NCBI RefSeq assembly: GCF_038025025.1 | Contig: NW_027117340.1 | Location: forward strand, 1,736,001-1,800,000 | Direction of reading: 5' to 3' | Length of the DNA: 64,000 nucleotides | Source: Phyllosticta citribraziliensis | Taxonomy: Eukaryota | Shown here: piece by piece, positions 11,483 through 26,460 of the stretch | Numbering within the stretch: the first letter of the stretch is position 1 | Layout of the letters: every line of letters begins with the position of its first letter | Program-made: the position numbers and the translations under genes | The notes under the pieces: generated by a model | Database searches by the model: none | Told to the model about the DNA's origin: nothing | Seen by the model: only the letters and a program-made list of their open reading frames with translations

Positions 11483-14368
11483 ATGGTTCTCAGGCCTCAG
11501 AATCCATCAAAGCACAATGCCATGCCGAAGCAGGCGCCAAAGGATACGCAGACTAAGCTGACCGGCCTCCTTGTGAGGCAGCGGCCAGAGAACAACAATG
11601 ACAACGAGGAGAGCCGACCGGTCAAGAGGGTCAAGATATCCGACGATAAAAGCGACGATACCCCGCCGAAATCGCCTGCCAGTGTATCGAAACCTGTGAA
11701 TTCAAAGCCAGATCCTCCGCCGCCTACTCAGCGCCCATCAATCCGCGTGATACCCGACTCGGACGACGAACCTGACAGCGACGACGCGTTTGAAGAGGAG
11801 ACTGCACCCCGCCAGACCGACCTCGAAACTGCACTTCCCGGCATCACCACTGACGAGGACGCCATCGAAGAATATGAAAGGGCCAAGCATGCGCAGGCAG
11901 CGGCGGCGGGAGAGGAAGAGCTACGGCTGAGTCAGGAGGGCAGGGGCCAATACACGCAGAGTTCGATATACGTGGACGCGTTTGATTTGGCGCTGGATAC
12001 AGTGCTAGAAGAGGAGAGCCACCTCTTTGACGACAAGGAGAATGAAGTGTTTCGCTTTTGGAGAGGACTGGATTACGAGTCAAAGTACTTGTGGGTTTCG
12101 GCGGGAACAAGAGCCGAGGCTTGAGCTGATGGGAACAGATATGTACGGCTGTTCTTGAGAAAGACGTCGGCCTGGTTTCGTATCAGCAAGCTGGGCTACC
12201 AACGCGACATTTCCGACATGGACAGCGCGGTCAAGACTCTGCAGCAAGAGAGGCCGCTGCCCATGACGGGAGTCGCAGAGACAAGTCATCCAGGCGAATT
12301 GGAGCCACCAGAGGGTACAACACTCGGTCACGCCTTTACCTTTGCAGATCGGTCAGAAGAACACATCACGACGCTGGAAGAGGCGTCGTCTCTCCTCAAG
12401 CTGGACGAGCTCAAGGCGCTGGCCAAAGACGCCAAGGTACAAGGCAGGAACAAAACGGAGCTGCTCAAGTCGTTTCGACGCACGAGTGGCAAGCAGACCG
12501 GACTCGCCTGGGGCCGCTTGAGACGAGGCGAGACGGAAACGTCTGAAGCCGACGGCGAGACCACACGCGAGAGCACGCCGTTGGACGAGAGCTCCAATCG
12601 CGACGCACACTGGTTGAAGAAGATCATGGGCGAGACGGGCCCTTGCGTGCGCCTGTCGCTGCCTGCGCTGAAACTGTTTGAACGTGTGCATTTGGTCTTC
12701 TACCGTTCGACTGAGTGGACTGAAAAGTCGCTCAAAACCATCATCTTGGCACGGATCGCGCGGCGCAACTTTCCGCATTATGTTGTTTCGCGGTCGTCCA
12801 ACATATTCCCCTCGCGTGCCATGCTGCTCGAGTTTGAGGCCGCGCTGCGGACCCAGTTTCGCATCGACAACATCCTCGAGTTCAACGGCACGCCTAAGCG
12901 CAAGGACCTTGAGGTTGTCCTTGAAGTGTTTGAGGAAGTGTATCCACGCTGGCTTGCGCTGCTCAACGACGAACAGCGAAAAGAAGACGGCATCTACCTC
13001 AGCGGCGAAGGCGCATATCTGCGGCGGTTGTCGCCGGCATGGGTCTATACGCGCATCGCACACAAGGCAGCAGCCGTGTTTGGGCGGTTCAAGAACCACA
13101 AGCGCGAGCACGAGCTGCTCTCGGAACTCCTCGCCCAACGCCTCTTCCACGTCGCGCGCCGCGGGCCATGGTACCAGCGCAAAGCGTTGCTCGAGGAGCA
13201 CTACATGGCCGCTCTGACACCAACGCAGGGCCGTAGCGCGGAAGCGCAGAAGCAGCACTGGCGAGAGGTGGCGTTGGCGACGTGCGAAGAGGGCCTTCAG
13301 GATCATCTCACTCATCTCGTCTATCACTACGACCTGCAGAAGCGCGTTGGCAAGCTGGAGAAGCGTCTCAAGGTTGCAAAGCGCCTGCAGCACTCGTTTA
13401 CGCATGTCCGTCTGGCCGCGCCGGTGGAAGTGTACATTGAGGGCACGCGCATCGAGCGGCCAGCGGACCCATTTGCTGCCTCATCCAGTACCGCAACGAC
13501 TGCAGCAACAACGACAACGCCGCGCATCGCCTCGTCCGTCGGCTCCAAAACCATTTGGCTCGACACCACGACACCGCCCTCTCCATCTAACCCGCTCCCC
13601 ACCTGCTCCGTCGAGCAAATGTGCCTCGCGCACTACCAAAAGCAGGGCTGGCGCGGCGCGCACGCCGAAGGCTCCATCCTGACGACGCTCTTCGCGCTCC
13701 TCTTCCACGACGTCCTCTTCGCCTACGTGCCGCACGTCTTCCAGACGCCGTACCAGTCGGCGCCGCTGGACCTGTCCAGCGACGCCTTCTTCGCCGCGCG
13801 CTCCAGCCTCGTCCGGCACCGGCTCGCCGAGATCGAGAACGGCGAGGCGGAGCGCATCGCGGGCGGCGTGTGGGAGAGCGAGAGCGAGCGGCGGACGGCC
13901 GTCGTCGGGCTCGATTGGGCGCGGTGGAGCTGGGACGACGTTAGGGAGGTGCTCGCTGCTTTTGGCGGCGAGGGGCTGAGTGCGGTGTGCAGGGTGCTGT
14001 GTCAGGAGTATGGCGCCCGGAGGGCGGGCGTGCCCGACTTGTTTTTGTGGAGGGTTGATGACGCTGCTGCCTCCTCCTCCTCCTCCTCCGCCTCCTCCTC
14101 AGCTGGTGTCTCGCATCAGGATGACGCCGTCGAAACGTGCGAGATGCAGGCCGACGCGGCCGAACGGACCGGGGATCCACAGGCGGGACGAGGAGGACGT
14201 GCAGGTGCTGGTGCCGGCGGCAGCGTCCTCTTCGTCGAAGTCAAGAGCGCCAACGACCGCCTCAGCGACGCCCAGCGCCTGTGGATCCACGTGCTGACGG
14301 GCGCGGGCGTGCGCGTCGAGCTGGCCAACGCCGTTGCGGCCGAGGTCAAGGTCGTCGCTGCTGTTTAG
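11483..14368 (+). CDS. FAN1: Fanconi-associated nuclease 1 homologue, VRR-NUC domain (intron 12091-12138)
   Basis: SSIYVDAF...LYVRLFLRKTSAWFR after splicing; LFERVHLVFYRSTEW; HAEGS; FQTPYQSAPLDL; PD-(D/E)xK core GVPDLFLW...VEVKSANDRLSDAQRLW. The start could be 11483 or 11522. Confidence 0.93.
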
Positions 14369-14575
14369 ACGAGATGAAATGTACAGTCGATGGATGATGG
14401 GCTGGTAAAGAGGCTGGGAGAAGCACGGCGAGCATTGTGACAGTAGCACTGCTTTGGTAGAAATCGTTTTATTTCTCTGGCATGTTTTGATGGATGGAAG
14501 TGAAAGTGTTTGCACAAGCAACAACGATTATCTGCCACGATGATGATGCCAGGTAGCCACCGATCTTTTCTGATC

Positions 14576-14608
<33 letters not shown>
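14576..14608. repeat. (ATG/GAT)n trinucleotide microsatellite, about 10 units
   Basis: Read directly, between the convergent FAN1 and ERO1 3' ends. Confidence 0.9.
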
Positions 14609-14862
14609 CAATATATACAAAGACGATGCCAGACCCAGACCCAAGCCCCACAAACGCCAACGCCGCACGCTATGACGATGACGCCAACCTAGCAGTCGAC
14701 CTACCTTACAACACGACTGACTGACTGACAGGTGTGGTCACAACAAAGCCCGCACCAAAAGAACGCCATGTCCACCGTGCCGCCCCACCCCAGTGCAAAC
14801 AAAAGATCAGAAGCGGGCAGTGGGCAATGCAAGCAAGCAAGCAAAAAGACGACGACTCCCTC

Positions 14863-17007
14863 TCACAACTCGGTCCGCCCCTTTGGCTTCGGCTGCCTGG
14901 CGCGCCCGCCGCCGCCCGGCCGCACGACGCCGGCACCGTAGACGTCTTCTCGGCGCGGGATGCGGAGCTCCCAGCTGCGCGGCTTGACGGGGAGGCCGAG
15001 CCAGAAGTCCCACAGGCGCGAGAGCTCGACGATGAGGATGCGGGTGCTGTTGAGATTGAAAGGTTAGCACCCGGAGGCGGGATTGGAGCAAGAAGAACGA
15101 TGGGAGCAAAAACTTACAGCTTCCCCGGCAGCGCCGCCCACTGCCCCAAAATCCACCACGACGTCTTCCAAATGAGCTCCGCCTCCTCGGCAATCGCCTC
15201 GGTAATGGTCGGATTGACCTTGCGCGGCCGCATCAGAAACTCGGGGTATCCGTCGTCGTCGTCGTCTTCGTCTTCGAGGGATTGTTCGGCGGCCAGGGCG
15301 GCTTCGTGGGACTGCCGCGCGGCGTAGGCGTCGGCCAGGGGCGTCGGCATGTACGGCTCCGCGGACATGTTGTCGACGACGTTGGGCGAGGGCGCGGTGC
15401 CAGAGGCCCTGCTCAGGCTGGCAGCGGTGGAGGAGCCGACGGCGGGCGAGGACGAGGATGGGGACGGCTGCGGCGCGGCCGAGGCGTCGCGCTCAGCGAT
15501 CATGTGGCGGAAGTTCTTGATGGCCGCCAGGCTGTGCGAGATGCGGCCGAGCGTGTTGACGAGGGCGACGAGCTCCGTCTGGCGCAGAGGCGGCGCGTTG
15601 GCGGCGTCTTGCTCGTCGTATTCGAACAGCACCTTGAGCGCCGTGCCATAGCCGTTGGTTTGAAGTTTGCCCCAGAGCCGGCACTTGTCGCAGCCCACGC
15701 AGTCCATGATGCGCGAGACATTGCGGAAACGCTGTTTAAAGTCCTCTTTGAGCTGTATTCCTGCGGAGTCGGCAAACATGACCGACTCGTCGAAAATGGT
15801 TTCGCGATTGTTGGACGGAATCGTGTTCGTCAAGCGGGTGACGAGTTGTTTGGTAAACTTGTCCTCAAGCGGATCGGCGCTACAAAATTGGTAGCTTTGC
15901 AGATGATTCCGCAGCTTGCCGACTGCGCGCAGCACGAGGGCGTAGTTGAAGTAGAGGTTCGAGATGCGGTCGGGGTAGTGGTGGAGACGCTCCTCATAGC
16001 AGGCCAAGTTGGGGCCCCATTGACCCGTGGACTGGTTCAAAAAGTCCCAGCAAAGATGGGTGGAAATGGACGCGTGCATTCCAGAGACGACGCGGTGGAA
16101 GACGCGCTTCTCTACGCACTCGTCGTCAAACTCGAGCTGGTCAACGCGGCCGGCCGGGCTGTCGTTGTGAGCAATGGCCGACTGGATGCTCTGCCGCAAC
16201 GGCTGCTTGCGCATCACATCGCGCAGATCCAACGCCGCCTTATTTCCGCCATCAATGCCCACAGGCGAGCTGGAGAAGCCGTTCTTCTTGGGCTTGGAAA
16301 AGCAGTTCTCGCGGTAAATGGCTTCCCAGACCTGCTGTGCTCCGGCACCAGCGTAACCAGTGAATCGTTCGGGATTGTCCACCAAGCTGACGTAGTCGCC
16401 CTTGGCCGCTGCTCCTTCGTCGTCCAACACACAGTAATCGCGCTCATCGCACTCGTCGTCGTATTCGACCACACAAGTTTCGGCGGTATCTTCACCCAGG
16501 CTCCCAGCCAGCGGCTTCCCGTTCCTCTCTTCGCGGTCTCTGGGGCTCGGATGTTCGGCTTTGGGGCCCTCCAGCTTTCCCAGCTCCTCGGCACGCCAGA
16601 CAATCGGAATGTCTTCCTCATTCTCTAGCGTGTTGACGGCGCAGGCGATGTTGCCGCACATGCCATTCTCGTCGGACCAAAAGGGACATTTCTTGTTGTA
16701 GAGGTTGAGGCGGTAGTAGGAGAAGAAGTCGGTCTGCTTGGTGATCTTGTCGAGCAGCGGCTTGACGGCGTCGTTTATTCGTTCGAGGTCGGAAAAGGAA
16801 GCGCAAGCGTCGGAAACGGTCGATCGAGGGTCGATCTGGGGAAAAGGTTAGTTAGCTAGCTGAAGATGCAAGCAAGGGGCGAGCCGGGGGCTTCCTTACA
16901 GCACACTGGGCTGCGCGGTCTGACGATATGCTCTTCGCGTGGTTGGCGTTCGAGGCACCCAGCAGCGCAAAGGCTGCCAGGTAAAAGACGTGTGCGCTCC
17001 GGCGCAT
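14863..17007 (-). CDS. ERO1: ER oxidoreductin 1 (exons 17007-16900, 16835-15118, 15046-14863)
   Basis: Signal peptide MRRSAHVFYLAAFALLGA; CPFW...CGNIAC; NPERFTGY; SGMHASISTH; DCVGCDKCRLWGKLQ. The spliced last exon ends WDFWLGLP...RTEL-stop, an HDEL-like ER signal. Confidence 0.96.
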
Positions 17008-18718
17008 TAGGAAGGCGGTGGTGTAGTGGGCGTGTCGATGGCAGGGCCCGAGTTCTGGGCGAGGTGGGCAGAGTGATGAGAGTTGGCCCGGGGCGTGGGC
17101 ATGCAGGTGGTCGTAATAAGGAAAGAGGACAGGTGTGGTTTTATTTGCGGGTGGCGCCGCAAGAGCCGCAGACTCGTACTGTAGCAACTATAGTTGAGCA
17201 GTCATGCGACGGTGGAGTGGTGCCAAGGTACTGTGACTGTTGGGGCGAAACAGGCGATGATCTTGCGAGGCGCCAGAGCAGAGGGTAGAGAAAGGTGTCT
17301 TCTATTTACTGACTGTCTGTCTATGTCTTGATTATTGATGCGGGCGAAAATGAAATGCTTTGAGCATGGGCAGCCGCAACAGTCCGCGGGGCATGGGTCA
17401 TCCACGTCCACGTCTCTTCTTTCTCCCCAACGTCACTCCCACTCCTTTCACCGCCGCGCCACCACCAGCAGAGCAGCCACAGTACCGTACGGTGCCACAC
17501 CTATTTACGCCTGTCGCAAACGGCCTGCGCCAGCCCTGGCCTCACCACTTGTTGCCTAGCATCTTTGTCTCCTGGCATTCCTCCGCCGTTCGACATTGAA
17601 CTTCTCCGACAGCCAAGACCATTTGTTCCGTCCATCCATCGCGCCGCTCCGCACGCTACCACCGCCCCCTGCATTGGTCTCCGCCCATCCGCTGCACTCG
17701 CTCTTTTGACAACCCCTCGAATCAAATCAACGTCCTGCTTCATCTCGCTGACAAAGACGCCGACATATCCCAGCTCCTCGCTCCCGTCCAACGACTCTCT
17801 ACATCACCATCGGTAAGACAACCACATCTTCTCCTTCACTTCTTCCCCAACTTGATTCCTCACTCAAGTACCATCAAATCCGTCGTTTTCACCTTCCCCT
17901 TTGCCTCCACTCCCTCTTCCAAGCATCTTACTCCGTCCAAACTACAACTACCAATGCACTCCTTTCCAAAAATAAACATAAACTCGAACCCTATCGCCAA
18001 CCTTGAACCCAAAACCCTACCGCGCAACGCTCTCGCGCTCAGCCACTCAGATGTGTGGGGTCGACAAGGACTCTAGCCAAGCCAGCCAACACTCACCCCA
18101 GGTCGCGTGTCGGTCTCACCACCAGAATGCTCCTCACGTGCCCTGCCTCGCACCAAGCCGGACATCAGCACCTTGGTTGCTGTCCACGACCTTCTAACCC
18201 GTTCCGTGTCGTTCAAACATCTCGACGAGTCTTTCACCAATCTATGGCCCTCGATTCTGCCAGACGGCGTCGGCGTCCCCTCCGTCGCCTGTCGGACCAG
18301 CCTCTTCGGTTGCCGACGACCTGCAACCCTCAAAATCCCCGAGCATTGGCGGCTTCAATGGCGGATCGGCGCATTTGTAAACGCCCTCGACTGCTTGGAC
18401 AAATCCACATGGACGTTGGCTCTGTCGTCGGCTGTCACTCAACGCTGCAAGGAGGTAAAGTGTGCCAAGTCAACGCCTTGCCATGCAGGTATGCTGTACG
18501 CACCATGCATGCCATTCATTAATACAAGCCTATCGAGATGTTTTTGCAATGCTTCCTCTTTTACAACTTCAGCGCTGTCTGTCCGGCATGTCTCGTCCAC
18601 AACGTAAATCTAAGCGGCCGGCTGGCTGCACTTGTGCCGCCAAAGTACCTAGCGTATATTAAAACAAGAAGATAAAAATCGACCACGGATTCATCATCCT
18701 TCAGACTGCATTCGCCCC

Positions 18719-20077
<1,359 letters not shown>

Positions 20078-20360
20078 GATGGCGATTCGAGGCGTAGGAA
20101 AATTGTCCGAAGTGGAAGAGCGAGGTGAGAAGAGGGAAGAAAGAAAGTTGGAGGCGCAGAGGAAAAACAATAGGATGATCGAGGGGTCAGCTTCGAAGCC
20201 CGATGGGTCTCCACCGCACGAGCCACCGCGGAGGTCCACTCTCACCGCCAACGCACGGCCACTTGCGCCACACTTTGCGCGCCAAGATGTCGCGCTGAAC
20301 TGGAAGCTCCCGTCTCTCTTTTACGTCAACCAACATCTCCAATTTTACGCCCTCATCGCC

Positions 20361-23300
20361 ATGGATGACCTCTACGACGAGTATGTTTTGCCTCTCTACG
20401 CACATGATCTCAAGCTGATTTCCAAGGTTTGGCAACTTCATCGGCGAGGCCGAGTCCGAAGAAGAATCCGACAATGGCGCGCCCGCCGCCGACGCCTACG
20501 TTTACGATGACGAGCCCGAAGATGACGAGCCCGTCAATGACCAGCAGCTCATGGAAGTCGACGATGAGGGCCCATCGAATGCCGTAATCCTACACGAAGA
20601 CAAGCAGTACTACCCGTCGGCGCAACAAGTATACGGTGCAGATGTCGAGACTTTGGTTCAAGAGGAGGACGCGCAGCCCTTGACGCAGCCCATTGTCGAG
20701 CCGGTGGTGCAAAAGAAATTTACAGTCGAAGAGGCAGACCTGCCGCCGGTGCGATTTGCGCGCGACTTCCAAACGGACCTCATGAACTACCCGGACCAAG
20801 TGCGGAACGTCGTTCTTGCTGGACATTTGCACCACGGAAAGACTGCGTTCATGGACATGTTGGTCATGGAGACGCATGAGATTCAAGACAGGCTGGACAA
20901 GAGGGCAGGCAGGAGTCGGGACGAGCAATTGAGATATACCGACACTCACATTCTGGAGCGGCAACGCGGCGTTTCGATAAAGGCGGCCCCTATGAGCTTG
21001 GTGTTGCAGAGCGCCAAGGGCAAGTCGCATCTTTTCAACATTATGGATACCCCGGGCCACGTCAACTTTGTGGACGAAGTCGCGGCCTCTTTGCGCTTGG
21101 CAGATGGCGTTGTCTTGGTCGTCGACGTGGTAGAGGGCGTTCAGGTCAACACGGAGGAGATTATCAAGCACGCAGTCTTGGAGGGCGTGGCCCTGACTCT
21201 GGTCGTCAGCAAGATGGATCGTCTGATCTTGGAACTGAAGCTTCCTCCGGCCGACGCCTACTTCAAGCTGAAACATGTAATTGAAGAGGTCAACACCGTC
21301 ATCGAGAGCACCATTCCCGGTCAAGGCGAAAAATACCGTCTCAGCCCTGAAAAGGGCAATGTTGCATTTTCTTGCAGCACGCTTGGCTGGTCGTTTACCC
21401 TGCCGTCATTCGCTAAAATGTACTCCGACAGCTACCCCGACTCCGGCATCAACTCGGACGACTTTAGCAAGAGGCTGTGGGGCGACATTTATTTCAACCC
21501 CAGAAGTCGTAAATTCTCCAGAAAGCCGCTGCAAGAAGGAGCAAAACGGTCATTTGTGCATTGGATCCTTGAGCCCATTTACAAGCTCTTCTCGCACACC
21601 ATTAGCGAAAGTCCCGAGGATCTGAAGGAGACGCTGGCCAGTCTAGGAATTCAACTCAAGCCCTCGCAGCTAAGAACTGATGCTAGAGAATTGCTCAAAT
21701 TAGCGTGCGAGCAGTTCTTTGGCACTTCGGGTGGCTTTGTGGACATGGTCGTTCGGCACGTACCCTCTCCAATCGAAGGATCACAGAGATATCTGGAAAG
21801 GTACTACACTGGTCCCCTGGACACCGAGACGGCCGAATCTCTCAAGAAGTGTGACCAGGACGGCCCTCTAGTTGTTCACGTCACCAAGCTTTTCAACACG
21901 ACCGATGCGAAGACGTTCCATTCTTTTGGCCGCGTCCTCAGCGGTATCGCAAAGCCTGGTGACCAAGTAAGAGTTCTCGGCGAAGGCTACACCATTGAAG
22001 ATGAGGAAGACATGGTGAACGCCACCATCAGCGACGTCTGGATCGCCGAATCACGATACAACGTTCCTGTGAGCGGTATCCCGGCAGGAAGCTGGGTCCT
22101 TCTTGGTGGCGTTGACAACAGCATTGTCAAATCCGCAACAATCGTTCCACCAAAGCTACCGTCAGACGATGACGCCTATATTTTCTGCCCCGTCAAACAC
22201 TTCTTCGAATCCGTCTTCAAGGTCGCCGTCGAGCCCGTCAACCCTTCAGAGCTCCCTAAAATGCTCGAGGGTCTCCGCAAAATCAACAAGTCATATCCTC
22301 TCATAACCACCAAAGTAGAAGAGTCTGGAGAGCACATCATGCTCGGTACCGGTGAACTGTACATGGATTGTGTGCTGCACGACTTGCGGCGACTATACGC
22401 AGACATGGAAATCAAAGTGTCGGATCCGGTGACGCGTTTCTGTGAGACGGTCGTCGAGACATCGGCGATCAAATGCTATGCACTGACGCCCAACAAGAAG
22501 AACAAGCTCACTATGGTCGCGGAGCCGCTTGACCAAGGCATCGCTGAAGACATTGAATCCGGCCGCGTCAACATCAAGGACCCGGTCCGCGTAGTGGGCA
22601 AGTTTTTCGAGGAAAATTACGGCTACGACCTCCTCGCCTCGCGCAACATTTGGGCCTTTGGACCCGACGACCAAGGCCCCAACATTCTCCAAAACGACAC
22701 GCTGCCCTCGGACGTGGATCAAAAGCTTCTTCGCTCAGTGAGGGACACTATCCGCCAGGGCTTTAGCTGGGCAACACGTGAGGGACCTCTATGTGAGGAG
22801 CCCATCCGCAATGCCAAGTTCCGCCTCACAGATGTCAGCCTGGCGCCTGAGCCCATCTTCCGTGGCGGTGGCCAAGTCATTCCAACAGCACGACGCGCTT
22901 GCTACAGCGCATTCTTGATGGCAAGTCCGCGTCTCATGGAGCCAGTGTATGCGTGCAACATGATTGGCCCGGCAGACGCGGTGAGCAGTCTGTACACAGT
23001 ATTGGCGCGGCGACGCGGACACGTTCTGCAAGACGGGCCCATTGCCGGAACGCCTCTATACAAGGTCAAGGGATTGCTGCCGGTCATTGACTCGTTCGGC
23101 TTTGAGACGGACTTGAGAGTATGTTCCCTCCTTCTACTTCTTGAACAATACTGACTCCTCATCAGATACACACACAAGGCCAAGCTACCGTCTCCCTCGT
23201 CTTTGACCGATGGTCCGTCGTTCCCGGCGACCCCCTTGACCGCGACGTGCGTCTGCGCCCGCTTGAACCGGCCGCTGCTCAAGCAACTGCGCGCGACTTT

Positions 23301-23411
23301 GTCCTCAAGACTCGCCGGCGCAAGGGTTTGGCTGAAGATGTGGCCGTTGGCAAGTTCTTGGAGCCAGAGTTGTTTAGGAGTCTCAAGGAGAGTGGCATTC
23401 TGGATGGTTGA
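20361..23411 (+). CDS. SNU114: 116-kDa U5 snRNP GTPase (EF-2-like)
   Basis: MDDLYDE|FGNFIGE across intron 1; VILHEDKQYYP; GHLHHGKT; DTPGHVNF; EESGEH; GFETDLR|IHTQGQA across the last intron; ends SGILDG-TGA at 23411. Confidence 0.97.
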
Positions 23412-23670
23412 GAGAAATCGGGTCGTTCTGGAGTCTCTGAAGAGGTTAAATAAAGATTCATGGTCATGAGGCGGGCCATTTGCAGGCGTCACAGAAAAGA
23501 TCAGGGACCGAGATGAGAATCCAAATAAAAGCTCTGCTGAAGCAGGGAAATTTTCACTACACCACTACCAATATCCCACTCATTCGACTTACGCAGACAG
23601 GTTTGGTGACCGCAAACCCCACTTTTGTCCGTACTTACCATCCTACCACGCAGCCTTGATGTCAACGGGT

Positions 23671-24701
23671 CTACCCAGCCCTCGTCCCTCCCTGTCCCCA
23701 CCCAGCTCCCTTCTTACCATACGATCTCCTCGACTGAGCAATCAACTTGTTCATGCGCGACACCCTCTTCTGCGCCTGGTTCGGCACGTACGCCAACCGG
23801 CTCGGTCCATCACCCTCAATATCGTTCCTCGGACTTGAGGCGCCAGGGGACGATTCAGCAGACGACACAGGACCCAGCTCAATCAGCTCGCCCATGCGCG
23901 TCTTGACGGTCGTCGGCAGCGGCGCGCGGCCTGGCGTGATCGGGCTAGGTGCCGGCCGTTTGCGGCGCGATGGCGAGGGCATTAGGGCGCTATTCGTTTT
24001 GGCTGGGATGCGTATACGTCGGAGAGGTATCGGAGATGCCTTAGGAGTCGCTTGGGAGGAGGAGGGATTTGCAGCCGCGGTGGTGTTGCTCTCTGAAGCG
24101 TTTGCAACGGCATCGGGCTCGTCGGCGGCGTTTGCAACTGGTTTTTCGCAACTTGGGGAGTCGGTTTTGGCGGCGCTGTCGTCAGTGGCAGATGAACGAC
24201 TCTCTTTCTCTGTTTCCTCAACAGCCTCGCTCGCGGTGTCAGGCACCTTTGCCGGCTCCTCGACTGTCTTCTCCGTCTCCTCCGTCTTCTTAGAACCACC
24301 AGAAACGCGGCGCTTCTTGGTCTTTGGTTCCGCGTCGGGGGCCCTGGGAAACATGTCATCCAGGTTCTCCACTGGTGAAGGCGACTTTGGACCGGCGTCA
24401 GATTCCTCGCGTGCGCGCTTCGTCGTAGAAGAAGCGTGGCTATCGCCGACCACCGCAGATGCCTCTGCTTGCTCGCGCGCTTGCTTCTTCTTTTCTTCCT
24501 TTTCTGCCTTTTCCAGCTTGCGGCGCTGGACTTCCTGTTTGTTTACTACCATGGCGCGAGAAACTTTCTGGTGCGAGATGTTAGTGAAAGACTACATGGA
24601 GCAGGGGGGGATGTACTTACCGCGTTAGTCAGTTTTGCCATTTGCTTTTTGGTGACAGTTGCGCGTGCTTGCTGGAATGTCTTGGGCTTGCGAGGAGGCA
24701 T
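23671..24701 (-). CDS. Hypothetical low-complexity charged protein, likely nuclear (exons 24701-24621, 24567-23671; ~325 aa)
   Basis: MPPRKPKTFQQARATVTKKQMAKLTNA spliced via GTAAGT...CTAAC...CCAG in phase 0 to the 293-aa ORF. TATA-like element near 24775. NLS-like KKRR and RRKRP. No recognisable domain. Confidence 0.65.
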
Positions 24702-26321
24702 TTTCGGAATGAGTTGCTATCTTTCCAAATGTCAGTGTATCGATTTTGGTTCGTGTGAGCGATGCGGATTTAAAATATAGCTGCCCAGCAAGTATTCCTC
24801 GGTTCGATTTACGGGGTTTGTTAGGCGGTAGGAGGTAGGCGTACGTAGTCTTGTTGATTCTACAGCGAAGAGGAAGGAAGGGCAGTTTTAATGTAGACAA
24901 TGGGGACTGTGAGCATGACCCTGAAATTGCTATTTTGGGAGACTGTCTCAAGTGAAAGAAGTCTTGATTTTAATTGTCTATTGTCTTTGGGACAGTGGCG
25001 ACGAGATTTCAGGCTTTGTTGGATGACTCTGGCGTCCGCTTTCCTTGAACAATGTCATTGTTGGGCGAGACAAAGGCTGTTGGTTGACACTGAGAATTCC
25101 CTGTGCACCAAGTTCCTCGAGAAACGAAAACACCCGAGTCTAGCTGCGGTGATGGACGACAGCTTCTTAGCTCTGTCTTCGCAGTGCATGAATTGTCTTT
25201 GAATGCAGACCCTGTGCCACGGGACATAATTCTCTTTGGCATCAATTACCCCTGGCCCAAGCATGACCCTGCCAAGATAGAATCGAGTTTTCGAATCCCC
25301 CGCGCGTCATAGCAGCCCATGTGTCTGTTCGATCTTTCTGTCTCAGTTCAAAACGAAGATATCATGGTCAACGCTTGGCAAGTCAGCAGAAGCACTCTGA
25401 TACGTCTCTCTACTGTGTCTTACATACAATTCCCATTATTGAGAGGAGACTCGAGCATCAGTGGGGCATCAACGCATTGTGTACTTAAGGAAACTCTGGG
25501 ACGGTTGTGATTGAGTTCCTCAGACCAGGAAAAAACGCACACAACTAGCCTGCGAGAATCAACAGCACGTTCTGGTAAGAACAGCTCGCTCACTAGACAT
25601 GCTCCTGATCGAAAATACTGACAGAAAACGGGTGGTAGTCAGAGAAACCACCCCTGAATCCAGTGCACTATTACCCCTGAACAAGAGAAATTCGACACAC
25701 CAACATCATGCCGATTAAGTCCGGAGACATCATCGACGACGTGACGATTTTCAGAACTGATCCGAAAATTGCCGAACGGAAGAGAACTCTTACCATGATC
25801 GCTGATGCATTCACTGCTGAGCGTGACCTGCGTCACTTTACCAAAGTGACTCTGATGTAGGTAAATTGAGCTCACATCCCCTAAGCCGGTGCTGAATCTC
25901 GGTGTGACAGAAATCTGCTACACACAAGTGGAGATCCTACAAACCATCTGACATTACGCGTTGCGGACAATAATCAACGACGACGCGGAAAGGAGCAGAC
26001 TTTGCACCTCTACGCCACCAAAGGACCGACAGGATTACAACATACGACACATGTGCTCTATCCAAACGAGCTAGACCAAAGGCCGCTGGCTCATCGTCCC
26101 GCGTGGGGACCCTCAAATGTCTATCGCTGGCCGACTGGATGGAAAAGGCGATGTCCACTTGTCCTTGGAATTACAAGACTGCCATGCAAAAAGAATTGTC
26201 CATGTAGGGGGGCGACGATCACCATTTTTGACCTTTGGATTTTCTTTGGGCTTTCCTATCTAGTCCGCTTCATCGATTTCCTGGCACAGTGGGTGTAGAA
26301 CGAAACGAGACACCCTGGGTC

Positions 26322-26460
26322 TGGCTGCAGCAGCGCATGAATGCTTCCTAAGCGCGACTGTAGCAGTAAATGGATGCTCCCTAAGCGTGACTGTAATAGC
26401 AGATTATTACTTCTGAATTGCAGCTGTGGTAGTAAATGAATTCTCCCTGAGCGCATTCAT
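26322..26460. repeat. Degenerate ~33-bp tandem repeat, about 4 units
   Basis: CTAAGCGCGACTGTAGCAGTAAATGGATGCTCC / CTAAGCGTGACTGTAATAGCAG / GCTGTGGTAGTAAATGAATTCTCCCTGAGCG; the minus-strand translation shows LLQSRLGSIH twice. Confidence 0.65.

Noticed and set aside
17500..18660. Plus-strand ORFs and a few GT donors between ERO1 and ERG10
   Set aside because: Could not assemble a coherent gene; no motif recognised.
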